Shown: positions 1-13,204, counted from the first letter of the stretch. The stretch is DNA of 64,000 bases from Tubiluchus corallicola (GCA_030141605.1 JAQGDQ010000430.1:135128-199127); one strand, 5' to 3'. The notes: generated by a model from the sequence alone, not told the origin. A program made the numbers and translations.

Positions 1-718
1 GTTAGATGAAACTAAAGTGAAAGGCTCAGCAGAAACGGTGCAACCATTCGTAAAAAATTATACTAATAAGATGCTAAGAAGATACAGGATAATAAGTTTT
101 TATACATGAAAATTCTACTGAAATTGTCAACTATAATTACACAACAAGACTTTGTAAATGTTTTTTCTTCCTTTGAAGTCACTTCCCTTCTCTAGGCGAC
201 ATTATTTGCTAGCTTATTAAACGTGTGGCAGCTGTTCTAACGTTATATAATATCGCTCTAATAAACTGTTTATGGTGTAACAACTTAATTGCTGTATAAC
301 TGTGTTATATCTAATTTGAAGTACTTCTGGTGATCATATTTTCACTTAAACACTGAATTACAAGATAAATCTTTACCTATTACTAGACACCAATTTCTGA
401 CTATTTTACTTAGTAAAGGTATAATCAACAAAGCAAATTATGGAGTTTCTCGATCATTCTTGTCCCATTTGAGTTTGTTTGTACATTTAGAGAAGTACAG
501 GACATGTTACAAGGAGGAATGATTCATTATTAATTAAGACAACATTTTGTACTTAGAGATTTTCATAAGATATCATTAGTTGAGTAATAATTAATTAGAT
601 TATCAATAGAGCAACTACAAAATGACCATCGTAGTGCGGGATTAAAAAGCCGGCAGGCTACCCCGGAATTCCACCCACTGACTCCCGAGCCAAGTTGAAT
701 TCCGTCCACTGGTATAAA

Positions 719-1071
719 ATACAATACAATACAATGTGATGCAATACAATACACAATAAAATACAATGCAATAGAATATAATACAATACAATGCAATGCA
801 ATACAATACAATACAATACAATACAATACAATACAATACAATACAATACAATACAATACAATACAATACAATACAATACAATACAATACAATACAATACA
901 ATACAATACAATACAATACAATACAATACAATACAATACAATACAATACAATACAATACAATACAATACAATACAATACAATACAATACAATACAATACA
1001 ATACAATACAATACAATACAATACAATACAATACAATACAATGCAATACAATGCAATACAATACAATACAA
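719..1071. repeat. (ATACA)n pentanucleotide microsatellite
   Basis: Near-perfect ATACA run (pure ~801-1040) with degenerate ATGCA/ATACA flanks; explains the YCIVL/NTIQY pseudo-ORFs. Confidence 0.98.
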
Positions 1072-2836
1072 ATCGTTAGTGTTGGACTGTGTTGTTGATT
1101 AGTGCAATTATTATCCAGATTACCATTTTTAGGCTTCAGAAAAACAGTATCAATACCCATTTTTAACTAATATTGCTTCTGTTTTCATTGTTTCCACGTG
1201 TCTTGGGCCAAGGTTTGTGCACAATTTATTTTTTTCCAGAAATCACATAGATGACAAGACATCAATAATGTCAGATGGGTGCTAGGACTGTTTCCTACTC
1301 AGAATGCGAAGAATACAGTTCCAATGAAAAAAATAAGGTTTTCGATTTTTTTCGCCTACTTCGGTTTTAAATTTATAATCTTTCGCTCTTTTGACCTGTT
1401 AATATTTTCCGCGTTAAATACAATGATTTTCTTTCGATTTTAGTACTTTTAAATTGAACTTTGTACTAATAAAATTGGAATTATAAATCGAGCGTGTTAT
1501 AAAATTGGAATTCATAAACTGTTTTATGTTTTACGGTTGCTATATAGCCATAATTATAGCTTTTTCTCTTCTCATTTGTATTAAAATGCAGATATACGTG
1601 CAGGTGTGAGTTCGTTCATGTAGAGAGCGTTTTAACCCTTTCCTTCAGCCGCGCTCTGAGGTTGGGCGAATCTTCTCCGGTTCATGAATCTCGCAGTTAA
1701 GCCAGTTACATATGAACCACCAAACCCCCAAATCAGATTGTCTTTGTGCGCAGACAAACCGAAACCTACTTATCATTCTTTTGAAAATTTCATTGTTTTT
1801 CCAGTATAGGTTGCTAAGTAGCAGTTTAATAAACTTTTGGTTTATATAAAATAAATATTATTTATCGTGCTGCACCCCATTGTTCTTCTACACTAGCGCC
1901 GCCCTTGTGTTTCGCCTCGAAAGTTCATCCTTGTTGGAGTGTATCTGGGCGTGTCATCTGAAGAGGCAGCCGACAGACGTCTGATTAATAACGCTTCGAT
2001 TAGCAATTATTCTGCGTAGTGCTGATTTCCAATAGTTGCCGTGTCTTGGTCGATTTAAAAAACCTGCACTATACGTGAAGTGCGTGTTGATAATGTTAAT
2101 AATGCCCTGGCAAATTTCAGCCATTTCTATAGTTCTTTTGTGTCATATTTTTAAGTAAAGTGGCGAGATTTATCAAAAATCGAATCTAATTTTGGTAAAT
2201 GTTAGTTCAAAGTATACTAAATAACTGATTTATTTGAGTCGAAATGAAGTTTGGTAATTGTCTAAGTCCACAACATTACTAGCATACTGTAATCCTTATA
2301 CACTACAAACAGTTACTTTTACAAACTCATTTTACGTAAGGCGTCACTGTCAGCTTGTTGAACTCTTGATACATGTGCACATATAACTCACTCATTTTAG
2401 AAAATTAACTTTTTTTCTGCTCCAACTTCTGTTCTTAGTTTTGTGACTTTGGAAATATTAATTATTTGGTCTGTTGACATTGTCTTAACAAAAAATTTTG
2501 GAGCATTTTCGTTTTTTACCGAATTAAACTAAATGTGCACTCGGCTCGTATATGATGCAAGTGTAAATTTCTCATATTAGAATTTTTAACAGAAATGTTT
2601 CTTTTTCACTTTTTTATTATTCGATTTTCACTATATTTGACAATGTTTTTCTGTAGAATATTTAAAAATCGTTTAACAACGAACGAAAATTAATTCTGTG
2701 TGCAATTTTAACTGATGAATTTCAATCAGCATTTCGTTATACAAACAAGTTTACAATCTTGGAATTTCAAATTTTCTAATGCGAAATTTATTGACTAACA
2801 ATATGTTTCTTAGTAGTTTCAGATACAACGTTATAC

Positions 2837-3262
2837 CAGGGGCGTATCTACCAATAGCTGTAGACAAGGGCCCCAAATTTTCAGGGCGTCAGATTTTAAG
2901 AACCCAATGTTAAAAAAATTCTTTTTGCCCTTGGAAAATGAGTGTCCTTTTATATTCCTTTAGATCGTGTATTTTATAACACACCACAAGCAGTTACTTT
3001 AGCTACTTTCAATATGCAATATGATAGCAAAGAAATACAATTGTTTCATAAACTGTACCATACCACAAGCAGTTGCTCTGTATACAATCACTATGCAGAT
3101 ATACATAATTAAGAATAGCCTCTTAAGTAATAGTGCTGCTAACACACCACAAGTAATTATGTACCAAACTTCATATTTAAATAACCATGAGCAAATAACA
3201 GGGGAGATGGGCGGAACTGAAACATCAGCCTAGGGTGTCGTAGTGTGTTGATACGCCCTCTG
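2837..3262. mobile_element. Degenerate hAT-like MITE
   Basis: Ends CAGGGGCGTATC ... GATACGCCCTCTG form an imperfect TIR; subterminal GGGCCCC motif; internal ~82-bp-period motif ACCACAAG(C/T)A(G/A)TT at ~2983/3062/3146. The flanking 8-mers (CGTTATAC/TGTTAACC) match only 5/8. Confidence 0.55.
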
Positions 3263-4149
3263 TGTTAACCGCACGTTGAACTTGTTCTTGCTCCATTTCT
3301 GTAATTATTACGTAGTTCATTACACGAAGGTCACCTTGGAATAGACACAACACTGCAGAATAACACACTAAAAACATGTAGCATTCAATAAACGATTGTC
3401 AAGTAATAAAATTTACTTCACGGATATCTCATAACCACTTATAAATGAATAAAACTGACCGTAGCGAGCATTTTATATAACATGAACAATGTCTTTCCTC
3501 GTTGGTTTTGTTCAGTTTATTACACGTTTAGCCAGTTATAAGTGACATCCTGAATCAGACACAGCGGGTGGTATGCTGGCTACATAAAATCTGTTCTGCC
3601 AAAACGACGTTTTTGTGCTCGAGGGGAGGAGGACAAGTGACCAAGCGAGCCGAATGATGACCGATTAGCAAACCATCTGCGCTACAATTTTTTCACTGCA
3701 GCTTCAACGCATTGGCAAAGTGAAAGATGGGGAAGCCATGCTGCCTAGAATATGTAAACGACAGTTGCTCTGTTGTCTAACTAAGGCCAAACCTGATAAA
3801 AAGAGTTTGCGTTGTTTGCACGTTTATACATTCTAAAAGACGGAACGCCCCACTTGTTGGTAGATGTGCAAACTACGTTTGATTCTAACAAAACAAACAT
3901 TTATGGTAAGCTTATTTTGTGAAATTAAGATTTAAGGTTAAAATTAAGATATTGACAACAAATATAAAACAATAGGCTTATAGCTGAATAATTTAGACAA
4001 GAAATCCTAAGGTGAGACTTTCAAAAGGGTGTCCCAGTTTTCAAGGTTTATCAGTTAAATGAATAATAGTTTTATAGATAAACTGAGTGGTTCTTTCATT
4101 TTTGAATAGCATGTTTAGGTTTCGCGAGCAGAAGCCACGATTTAGATTT

Positions 4150-4350
4150 GGGTGGCTGAGTGGCTAGGTTTCGGACTGCAAGCGTCTTGAGTTCGAGTCT
4201 AGCGGCTAGACACCAATACATATGCCCTGCATGTTATTTGTTATTTGTGTGCTGCGTCCTTACTTGTATTGTTGCAAGTCGCAAAATAGCCGTTGGTGCT
4301 AATGTTATCTGTTAAACGAGCGACGGTAAATAAATGCTATCTTTGTCTTT
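4150..4350 (+). mobile_element. tRNA-derived SINE, family A, copy 1
   Basis: A-box-like TGGCTGAGTGG and B-box GAGTTCGAGTC, then a body (TAGCGGCT...CATGTTATTTGTTATTTGTGTG...AATAGCCGTT...GCTAATGTT...GTAAATAAATG) that aligns with 38709-38900 and, inverted, with 37845-37960. Confidence 0.8.
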
Positions 4351-4981
4351 TAATTGCTATCTTTCTTTAGAAAAAAATCTTGAATTTTTACTACCGTTAA
4401 TTCTTTCATCATTGCATTTTGTATAATCATTTATCAAGATGGCTGCGACCGCATTATAAAATAATGCCTTTTTCCAAAAGATTCATCCGCTTTTTTTAAT
4501 TCTTATAAACGAAAGATTTTTTTACAAATGAAACGGGTTACTTTCTAAACCATTAAAAGAAACCCTTTTTAAAGGGTTATAATATGACTTCTTGTGCCTA
4601 TAGTACCGTGGAGTACGTTTAAAAATCACCTAGGTACCTATCCTGATGTTATTAATACCAATCTAATTTTTGAGAAACTGATTGATGAAAGGAAAACCAA
4701 AGTTTTAAACCTTATATAATTTATATAATTTATATTATTAATTTATAATATAATTTATATTATTATAATATTATATTATAATATAATATAATAACTAATA
4801 TATTAATACTAATATCATATTAATGTAACATGTTAAGTATATATTAATATTAATAGAGGTTATTAATTACGCTAGTAATTTATGCTACGCAAAACTTATT
4901 AACGCAATTTTCAAGCTTTGCACACATTTACATGTGTAACGTTAATTTTGTGATTTTGAAACAAAAAATCACTGTGAACGG

Positions 4982-5103
4982 TTCAACACAAATCAAAATG
5001 CACTAAGTACATTTCAACACAAATCAATGTGCACTAAGCATATTTCAACACAAATCAAGATGCAGGAAGTACATTTCGGCACAAATAAAAAAACGCACTA
5101 AGC
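4982..5103. repeat. Short ~31-bp tandem repeat (about 4 copies)
   Basis: TTCAACACAAATCAANATGCACTAAGTACAT repeated with progressive decay. Confidence 0.8.
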
Positions 5104-5969
5104 AAGCTTCTGAAATTAAAAAACAACATCACAAATTTTCTTAAATTTACGCCACACTGCTAAGTTCCTTTCTTTGTCACAGTTTATCACACTCAAGCAG
5201 AAAAATATTCAGTCACTACTTCTGAATTAAAATCTTGTAAAACCTGATTGTTGCGCTTGAGATATTCACCTAATCCACGTGGCTTCGCCGCTAATCCGAT
5301 CTTATCCATCTCCGCGCACGCGCAGTGGTGCTCTCACTACCGCGTGTGAGTTTTTCCATTTCGGCAACTTTTATGTGTTTAAGTTTCGAGGAAAATGAAG
5401 TAGACTTGCCTCTGGCTGTTAGACAACAACACAGTCAAGTTACCTAACAAGCGTCGTTGCCCCACGGCCAAAAATATTTCAGCCTTGTATCATTTGTTGA
5501 GCGGTGCCGGGCTCAAAGAGTTACGACCTATGGTTAGAGATGGTTCTAGCCAGAGGACATGCGATGAGACAGCTCTGCACAAGAAGAGAGATGCTAGCAG
5601 ATTTACCTAACAATGACGAGGAGCAACCCTAAACCAGACGAAGAATTTGGTCGAAAATGCGGAGAAAGAATAAAATTCAGGTGGTGCCTAGAGGTGGTGG
5701 AGTATTTCAAATAACAGTTAAAAATGTGTCGCAGAATTGAGTGTAAAGATCAAGGAAAAAAGTTGAGTGGCTTGAGTCACTTTTGTGGGTCCACTAATGT
5801 GCTTCGTTGCCTCTTTTACACAGCCCTAACTGTTGAGTTTATGTAATGCTGTCTTCTGTCTTTGCAAAACAACTAAAATGAAAACTGCATTCAGTTAAAC
5901 AAAAAATGAAAAGTCTAGTTCTAAAATGACAGTTGTTTCTAATTTACACATTGGCTTTCATTTGTAGTG

Positions 5970-6420
5970 GAACTAGAATTAGAATTACAAATTTATTTCA
6001 CAGTGAATCTTGCATACCAATTGTTGACACATTATAAAATATAAACGAGTCACTGTGATGAGGAGATTTCGAGTTCTCCTCCAGATAAGTGCAACAATTG
6101 ACAATTAACATTACATAGTGATTCGCAAAAGTTATAATGTACAAATTTGAGAAAAGTTAAGTGTTGTTAGTAACTTAAGATCTGGATGAGTCAAATTGTA
6201 GTGAGTTAATTATATCGTTGTAATAAGTAATTCTTTCATGTTTTTTAAGTTGATAAAGGCTAAGAGTTTTCATTTCACGTGGAATTGATGACCATAATTT
6301 AATAGCATTAAGATTTTGATGTATGTCTATTTCATTATATTTGTTTTTCAAAGAGGGAGTAGCTAGGTTTCGACTGAACACCCTTTGTAATGATCATGCT
6401 GATTTGAAACTGGACTAAAG
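5970..6420 (-). mobile_element. Decayed 3' end of a CR1/L2-like non-LTR retrotransposon
   Basis: Minus-strand peptide AIKLWSSIPREMKTLSLYQLKK resembles the 'KLWNSLP..IK...SL..FK' C-terminus of CR1/L2-group ORF2. An AT-rich tail with AATAAA and short TAATTC repeats follows. Confidence 0.55.
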
Positions 6421-7312
6421 TGGAACTCCACGGAGCATCAGTAGCTTTTTAACATCCTTGCTTTTCACACCACGTTTTCATATTTATTCGAAAAGTCAGC
6501 AAGCTTCTATGGCAGTATTTACATAGTTTCATAGAATAGTTTGTAGTTTAACAGGGAAGATACAAGCTTGGTAGAAGCTTTTTTCATACTATACTGCAAT
6601 TAATTTACTTTTTTGTTTTTTTCTGTATGCAGTCAGGTGTTATTTCGTATAGATACTCTTCCTTTAATTGTATCAACCCTTATGTTTGCTGCTTGTCGAC
6701 GAATTTTTTAAACTTTATTTATAAAGAGTGCTTTTTGTGCCTTAAAATTTGTCATGTATCTCTGTCATAAGTTCACGTTACTTTCTTAAACACAACGCTA
6801 CCTGTCTACCCCTTAGCACGTTACTGGAAAGGTAAAAACAAAGCAAAAGCTGTTTGATTTTCAGATGATTAAAATCGTCTACAAGAAAGGAAGAAGAAGA
6901 GAACAACAAAATAGAAGGAAAATAAGAAACTCGTCTACATCTGTAGTAAATATTTTTTCCTCTAGTTAACCTGGCGATTTTATAAAGAAAAGCAAAAACA
7001 GGTATGTACTAACAATGTAGAACCAATTATAATATATAATCGGGGAAGAGAGGCACAGAAATGAAAATACCCAGAGGAATTATTTCGTGAACAGGAATCG
7101 ATGGCGCAACAGAAAGATTTTGCTGTCTGAAGAAATGCCAAGTCGTCACGTTATGTACTGGCGCAAGTGGATTACATTGTCTGCATAACACTTTGTCTTT
7201 AGTAAATTAACATATTATTAAAAATTGATTGATCTCATTACTGGCTTGGGGGGACCCAATCACATTACCGCAAAAATGCAATACTAATAAATTAGAATGT
7301 CTAAAAAAAATT

Positions 7313-7395
7313 GCACGTCCACTGGGACTTGCACCCAAGACTTTCTTTTTTCTGGGCATCTGTGTTAGCCATTATACCGTAGAGGCACTTGACAC
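7313..7395 (-). pseudogene. tRNA-derived repeat, family B (Gly-TCC-like frame), copy 1
   Basis: Reverse complement GTGCCTCTACGGTATAATGGCTAACACAGATGCCCAGAAAAAGAAAGTCTTGGGTGCAAGTCCCAGTGGACGTGC, followed by T8; homologous to 7512-7575 and 31117-31199. Confidence 0.65.
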
Positions 7396-7511
7396 TTTAA
7401 ACTCAGAAATTCAGAAGGAAAATTCAGATTTTAGACTCGGGAATTAGAATCCGCGCGTAGTATACGAGACCTGGCATATAAATGCACAAATTAAAAAAAT
7501 GTAAAAAGTTG

Positions 7512-7575
7512 TATCTCCACCGGTATTCGAACTCAAGACCTGCTTTCTGGGCAGTTGCTACTGCCAGTTATCGCT
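7512..7575 (-). pseudogene. tRNA-derived repeat, family B, copy 2
   Basis: Reverse complement ...AACTGCCCAGAAAGCAGGTCTTGAGTTCGAATACCGGTGGAGATA: a CTGC/GCAG stem around a CCAGAAA loop, a canonical B box and downstream T runs. Confidence 0.65.
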
Positions 7576-7906
7576 CTAAGTTTAGTAACAATATTAATAA
7601 GAAGTCAAATAAGAACATATAATCAGAATATGAATTAAGTGAACTTAAGTGAACACAATAAGATTGCATTTTTAATAGCTTATTGTACTACTCTTTAATC
7701 AAATTGCCTAACATCACAAGTTTACATATTTGTTAATATTGTAACCAATGTTGTAGTGTCCACTCATGTATTATCATATTTTATTATGTTGAGTTGAAGC
7801 AGCAGACACGATGGTCTCTCACTGCCCTTTCTTCTGCACATGATGTCTTCCCCGTTTGTAACTTCTGATTTGTTGCACTATCTGTTCGAGAGAAAAAAAA
7901 TAAATT

Positions 7907-8458
7907 GTCTATGTCGGTGTCTATATCTATGTCTATGTCTATGTCTACGTCTACGTCTACGTCTACGTCTACGTCTACGTCTACGTCTACGTGTACGTGT
8001 ACGTGTACGTGTATGTGTATGTGTATGTGTATGTCTAAATCCATGTCTATGTCTATGTCTATGTCTATGTCTATGCCTATATCTAGGTCTAGGTCTGTGC
8101 CTATACCTATGCCTATGTCTATGTCTATGTCTATTTCGTGTATGTGTATGTGTATGTGTATGTCTATGTCTAAATCCATGTCTATGTCTATGTCTATGCC
8201 TATATCTAGGTCTAGGTCTGTGTCTAAGTCTATGTCTATGTCTGTGCCTATACCTATGCCTATGTCTATGTCTATGTCTATTTCTATGTCTATGCCTGTG
8301 TCTAGGTATAGGTGTAAATCCATGTCTATGTCTATGTCAACGCCTACGTCTATGTGTATGTCTATGTCTATGTCTATGTCTATGTCTATGTCCATGTCTA
8401 TGTCTATGTCTATGTCTATGTCTATGTCTATGTCTATGTCTATGTCTATGCCTATGCT
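7907..8458. repeat. Compound hexamer microsatellite (TCTATG)n with TCTACG/TGTACG/TGTATG/CCTATG variants
   Basis: Continuous 6-bp periodicity; source of the IDIDID / CLCLCL / MSMSMS pseudo-ORFs. Confidence 0.97.
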
Positions 8459-9894
8459 CATTCCTGTGCCCTAATTTTACCCATATAGTATTTTTCTGGA
8501 AAATTTACGACGTCCCGCTTGATCTGTCAGCATGAGTACAGGAACAGGTACATACCACTTGTACACTGAACCCAAGCAACGCGTACTTAGCATACAGAAA
8601 CACCCCGTGCGGTGGGTCTTTCTTTTGATAATTGCCAGGACTTATCATAAATGCACGTCGACTCCTACAAGCCGTAAAATTCATTGTATTTTCCGTCATA
8701 AAATGTCAATATGATGGTTGTTACATGTCGTTAAAATGTTTTATTATTCCTTGGTGCATTTGGCTCTTGTCTTATCTACGTTGCTCAGAGCTTACAGCGT
8801 TTACAGCCCAGTCATTGGGGGCTTCGCTCATTCGTTCTTGATGAAACATGTCCGATCATTTAGAGCTTCTCTAAGGAAGCTGTCAGCAGAAAGTAGCAAA
8901 AAGACATAGAAATTTACAGTTGCTACTGTATTAGCAGAAACGTGATAAAAACGTGGAGTTAGTTTTGATAGAATTATAGTTCAAAAAGAAAGTACAAATT
9001 TTGTCACATACAAAAATTTTACCCTCGCTAGAACCACATGTCCACTTAAAAACCTGTCCCGATTTGCGCATGCGCAAAATGAACCTAAAACATGTAGCAG
9101 TTATCTTGGTCTCCCAACATACGATATTTTTTTTGTTGAATTAATTTTTACCGAACCTGGAAATCTAAACGTCTAAAATAGCCAGTAATACATCCCAATC
9201 ATAAATAAAATTAGTACTCTTACAATTTGTTTATATATATTTTTCGTGCTGACTAATATGATTGTATATATCTATTATGTATATAGTTTGTGCAGACTCA
9301 TGTGTACTTGAATGATACGATGATACAGATTGTACCCACACTTAAATACCTTCGTACTATTAACAATGATCTGAAGGATAATGAAGATATTTGTGAACCA
9401 AACACAGTTGTTCTATGTCCGTATTTAAACTTTAATAAGAAAGTTTAGTAATTGTTTTTTCTAATGTTAAATCCTTTCTCTTCGTAAGCCACTGTTCTAC
9501 CTTTTACTATCTTTCACTGTCGGTTAATTCTAACAAATATATTCAAGAGAAACTCACAGTATCATACAATAGTGGTATAAAGAAACTTTTTAAACTTAAG
9601 TGATTGCAGTGTATCTCAGATGTGTGTAGATCTACCTCTTCCATATTTTTTACGCATACACGACGTAAATGTTATGCTGATCTGATGGTAAATGACTCTG
9701 AGATACGGCAGAGTTGAATTTTTTGTTTACTTCCTTGTCCTTTCGGTAGGGTAGCTATGAATTTTTTAATTGTTGCATATGATTAGTAGTTCTAGAAACA
9801 AAAGCAGAATTGAATTGAAATAATTTGCAGACTCGTGTAACATAATAATTATACTACAGGCTCCTTATTTTGATTGCCATAAAATTGCCATAAA

Positions 9895-9980
9895 TCTCGG
9901 TGGTCTACCCACTGAGTTGATTGTACAGACGTAAGTTGAAAACAAGCTCTCCGGTTCGAATCTGGAGACTGGGCATTTTT
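9895..9980 (+). pseudogene. tRNA-like Pol III relic (SINE head or tRNA pseudogene)
   Basis: GGTGGTCTA A-box-like start, T-arm TCCGG-TTCGAAT-CTGGA and a T6 run downstream; no usable anticodon arm. Confidence 0.4.
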
Positions 9981-10633
9981 CACGTTTCACCGTACACAGT
10001 GAAATATTCCTTTTTAATGCGAGTAATTGCTAAATACAACCACTTAAGCACTCAAAATATAACTAATTCCCCATCACCCATCAAACTACAACACAGTTTA
10101 CGTAGATTTTTTCCGTTAACGAATGTTCTCACCTTTGCCTGTTTAGATGTTCTGCAATTTATTTCTGTAATGGTTATGAGTAAATGATGACTTTATTGCA
10201 AGTTACTTAATCGATACGCGTCATATAAAAACCTCAGTGAGCTTTATCCGTGGTCCTTAGTACGGTTTCTTTTGCTTTGTTACCACAATGGCCACCTGCA
10301 ATCGTATCACAAAGGTCTAGGTTCCAGTAGAAAGGGTTAAGCTTTATTGTTGTTGTTTTTGTTTATGAACGAAGAGCACCTTAAGTTACAAAACAGATGG
10401 TGGCGAGTTTATAATCGTGAAACTTGAGATGCTCGTGATACAAGAGAAAACGGCAAGCGATCACGTGACACGAAATACAGGACATTGACTCTTGCCTCCT
10501 TGAAATCGTTTGAGTGAAAATAGAGAATTACATAAAAATCCTTAAACTTTAATAATTAGTAATTATTAATTGTGAATCTTATTCATGTACCTATAAATTT
10601 GCATGTAAAAATCTTAATTATTTAATCAGGATG

Positions 10634-10768
<135 letters not shown>

Positions 10769-11088
10769 GACTAATTAACAATAAGGACTTACTTAGCCTT
10801 CACTGTGTGATAAGTTTTTACTGAATTGCGACTGATTTTTCGAAGCAAGACTTTTTAATATTACCAAGTAATTTATGCTCAGTTTAATTAATGTGACTAT
10901 TTAGGTTAAGTATATAATTATACAATAGGTTGCCTCATTGTATTATATTGTTTTGTAAGATTATGAAAATTTTACTAACCACATACTGAAGTTTGTGAGG
11001 TAACTGGTGAAACACTTGCAACAGCAGTGCAAAGTTCATGAATACATGAAAATAAAATCGACACATTACAAAATTAATGAAAAAAACA

Positions 11089-11150
11089 TGGCTGAGAGTA
11101 GGTTCGATCTTCCCATTTCTAATGCGGAAGTAACACACCTTCAGCTATTT
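11089..11150 (-). pseudogene. Decayed initiator tRNA-Met copy
   Basis: TGGCTGAGAGTAGGTTCGATCTTCC matches TAGCAGAGAGTAGTTTCGATCTACC of the adjacent iMet genes at 21/25 positions; same strand; a T7 run follows on the minus strand; the 5' half is eroded. Confidence 0.6.
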
Positions 11151-11240
11151 TAAAACCTTGATGAGTGCATTTCAACGTGATTACGCATGAATATAAAGAC
11201 GAAAAGCTTTTTACATAGTTCGCGAAAATGTACAAAACGA

Positions 11241-11312
11241 TAGCAGAGAGTAGTTTCGATCTACCGACCTCTGGGTTATGGGCCCAGCACGCTTCCACTG
11301 CGCCACTCTGCT
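11241..11312 (-). tRNA. tRNA-iMet: Initiator tRNA-Met (CAT), copy 1
   Basis: Reverse complement AGCAGAGTGGCGCAGTGGAAGCGTGCTGGGCCCATAACCCAGAGGTCGGTAGATCGAAACTACTCTCTGCTA (72 nt). It has A1:U72, three G:C pairs in the anticodon stem and a GATCGAAA T-loop (A54/A60), all eukaryotic initiator hallmarks; TTTT lies 3 nt downstream. Confidence 0.97.
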
Positions 11313-11764
11313 ACTACTTACGGGAATTCGAATGAAACTTCTTACAAAGCTCTGAAGTGCACAAATTTACGACTGAAGCACATGTAATTATTTTCAGTAT
11401 TGCATCAGCCACTCGCTTCCTCTTGAGCATAAATGGCGCTTGTCTTTTTTCTAGCTTCTACATGTATAAAGACATTTATTTTTGCAGTAGAAACATTAAA
11501 CAAATAATACTCAATGTTTCATACACTGCGCAGATTATATTTTATATTGTGCAGTAATTTTGTGCCTAGTTCAAGTAATGGTTATAAAACGATATAAAAT
11601 GTGGTCTGTGTAGAGAGAGAGAGAGAGACCCGGTGTATTTGGTCGCTGCTGTAGTTTTCGGCTGCTTAATTAACTTATCTCTAATAATTCGTTTGATTTT
11701 ATTCAAAAAAACGAGAAACATAAAGAACTTTCTAATTAATTGTTTGGAAAAAGACAGACACGCT

Positions 11765-11836
11765 TAGCAGAGAGTAGTTTCGATCTACCGACCTCTGGGT
11801 TATGGGCCCAGCACGCTTCCACTGCGCCACTCTGCT
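11765..11836 (-). tRNA. tRNA-iMet: Initiator tRNA-Met (CAT), copy 2
   Basis: Identical 72-nt sequence to 11241-11312; different flanks; oligo-T terminator about 12 nt downstream. Confidence 0.97.
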
Positions 11837-12569
11837 GTCGCTTGCGTACAAGGCCACAGGATTGATCTAAAACCCTTGATGCACAAATACTACGCGTAAA
11901 TTGTCAGGATCAATAATTTCAGTTTGTTACATTTGCTAGTGCGATGAGCGTATTTACTCTTTTGCTGCGTGTGTTTTCGTCTGCAGAGTTCGCCACCCAC
12001 TGCTATGTTTCTGCTTTCATGTAATACAGTATTTCGACATTTGCCTTCTCTAAAACGAGTTTTGGATTAAGTAGATATTTTCTAGATATCAATTCTATTT
12101 TAGTTCTGCATCGTCTGAACTTTTGTAAGTTTGGAAATTAGCATATCGACTTTGTGTAAATTCATTAAGTTGGATTCGAACAAATTAACTTCACAGTGTT
12201 GTGAAAGAATATCTATATATATATATATATAAATAGCCACTGAAACAATTCTCTGTTCAATTTCTGTAACTGTAAATTATATGGATTGATTGTAAAACTG
12301 TATTAACGTAGGCGTACATAGCTATGTCAGATGCAAGAATATAGGGGCATAAACCTAATAATAAGAGTTACTAGTATAACTCGCAATACACCAATATACG
12401 ACAAAAAATGTCATCCTGATCGCCCACAAGTGCATTTAGGTGCGAAGTTAAGCAGTTCCAAATTTAGAAGCTAAATGGATGTGTGACCGTAGAAAATCTG
12501 CTTATGAGTGCCAGTGCTTCATTTCTGTTCACCTGCTCGCTGAGAAAAGAAGTGGGCATATCTGAATGT

Positions 12570-12993
12570 CGATTTTCAAGGATGTCGTGCCTTTTACTAC
12601 TGGATTGCAGCTGGGGATGTGTCAAACTGTCAAAAAAACTACTGTAAACATCTGAAACAGCTCAATTGTGACGTAGTGCGCACGATCGAGAGCGTCGAAC
12701 ACGATCGGCAAACTTTTTAAATTTGAATCTTAAACTTAAAATTTGTTTTGTTTTTTGTTTTTCCTTCTGAATGTTGTACAGTAGCACTGTACTTCAATTT
12801 TCAGTTTTGCAAACACTCGCCGCACATTCATGAAATGTTTCTGCTGTTTAAAATCAAGTTCAGTTATAATAATGTTATCACTAGGTGGCCTCGCCTGCCG
12901 TTAATGTAGTTTTTGACCTATTATTTAATTAAATTTATACACTCACTTCAAAAGATAGTGTTAGATATGAAAAATCGTTGTGTTTTCCTTTAA
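12570..12993 (-). mobile_element. Kolobok-type MITE family, partial/deleted copy
   Basis: Reverse complement starts TTAA|AGGAAAACACAACGATTTT and contains TTAACGGCAGGCGAG...AAAATTGAAGTACAGTGCTA...ACTACGTCACAATTGA as in the + strand copies; the other terminus is not recognisable. Confidence 0.8.
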
Positions 12994-13023
12994 TTATTAC
13001 CAATACTATTCTGAGTACTGGGG

Positions 13024-13204
<181 letters not shown>

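Noticed and set aside
563-1160. Overlapping 100-170 aa ORFs (YCIVL/NTIQY repeats)
   Set aside because: Translations of the (ATACA)n microsatellite; open on both strands only because the repeat lacks stop codons.
7784-8535. 225-231 aa ORFs (IDIDID, CLCLCL, MSMSMS)
   Set aside because: Hexamer microsatellite artefacts. The same applies to the ER/SL, poly-D/M/S and HYTTL ORFs at 13, 15, 25, 42, 50 and 53.6 kb.
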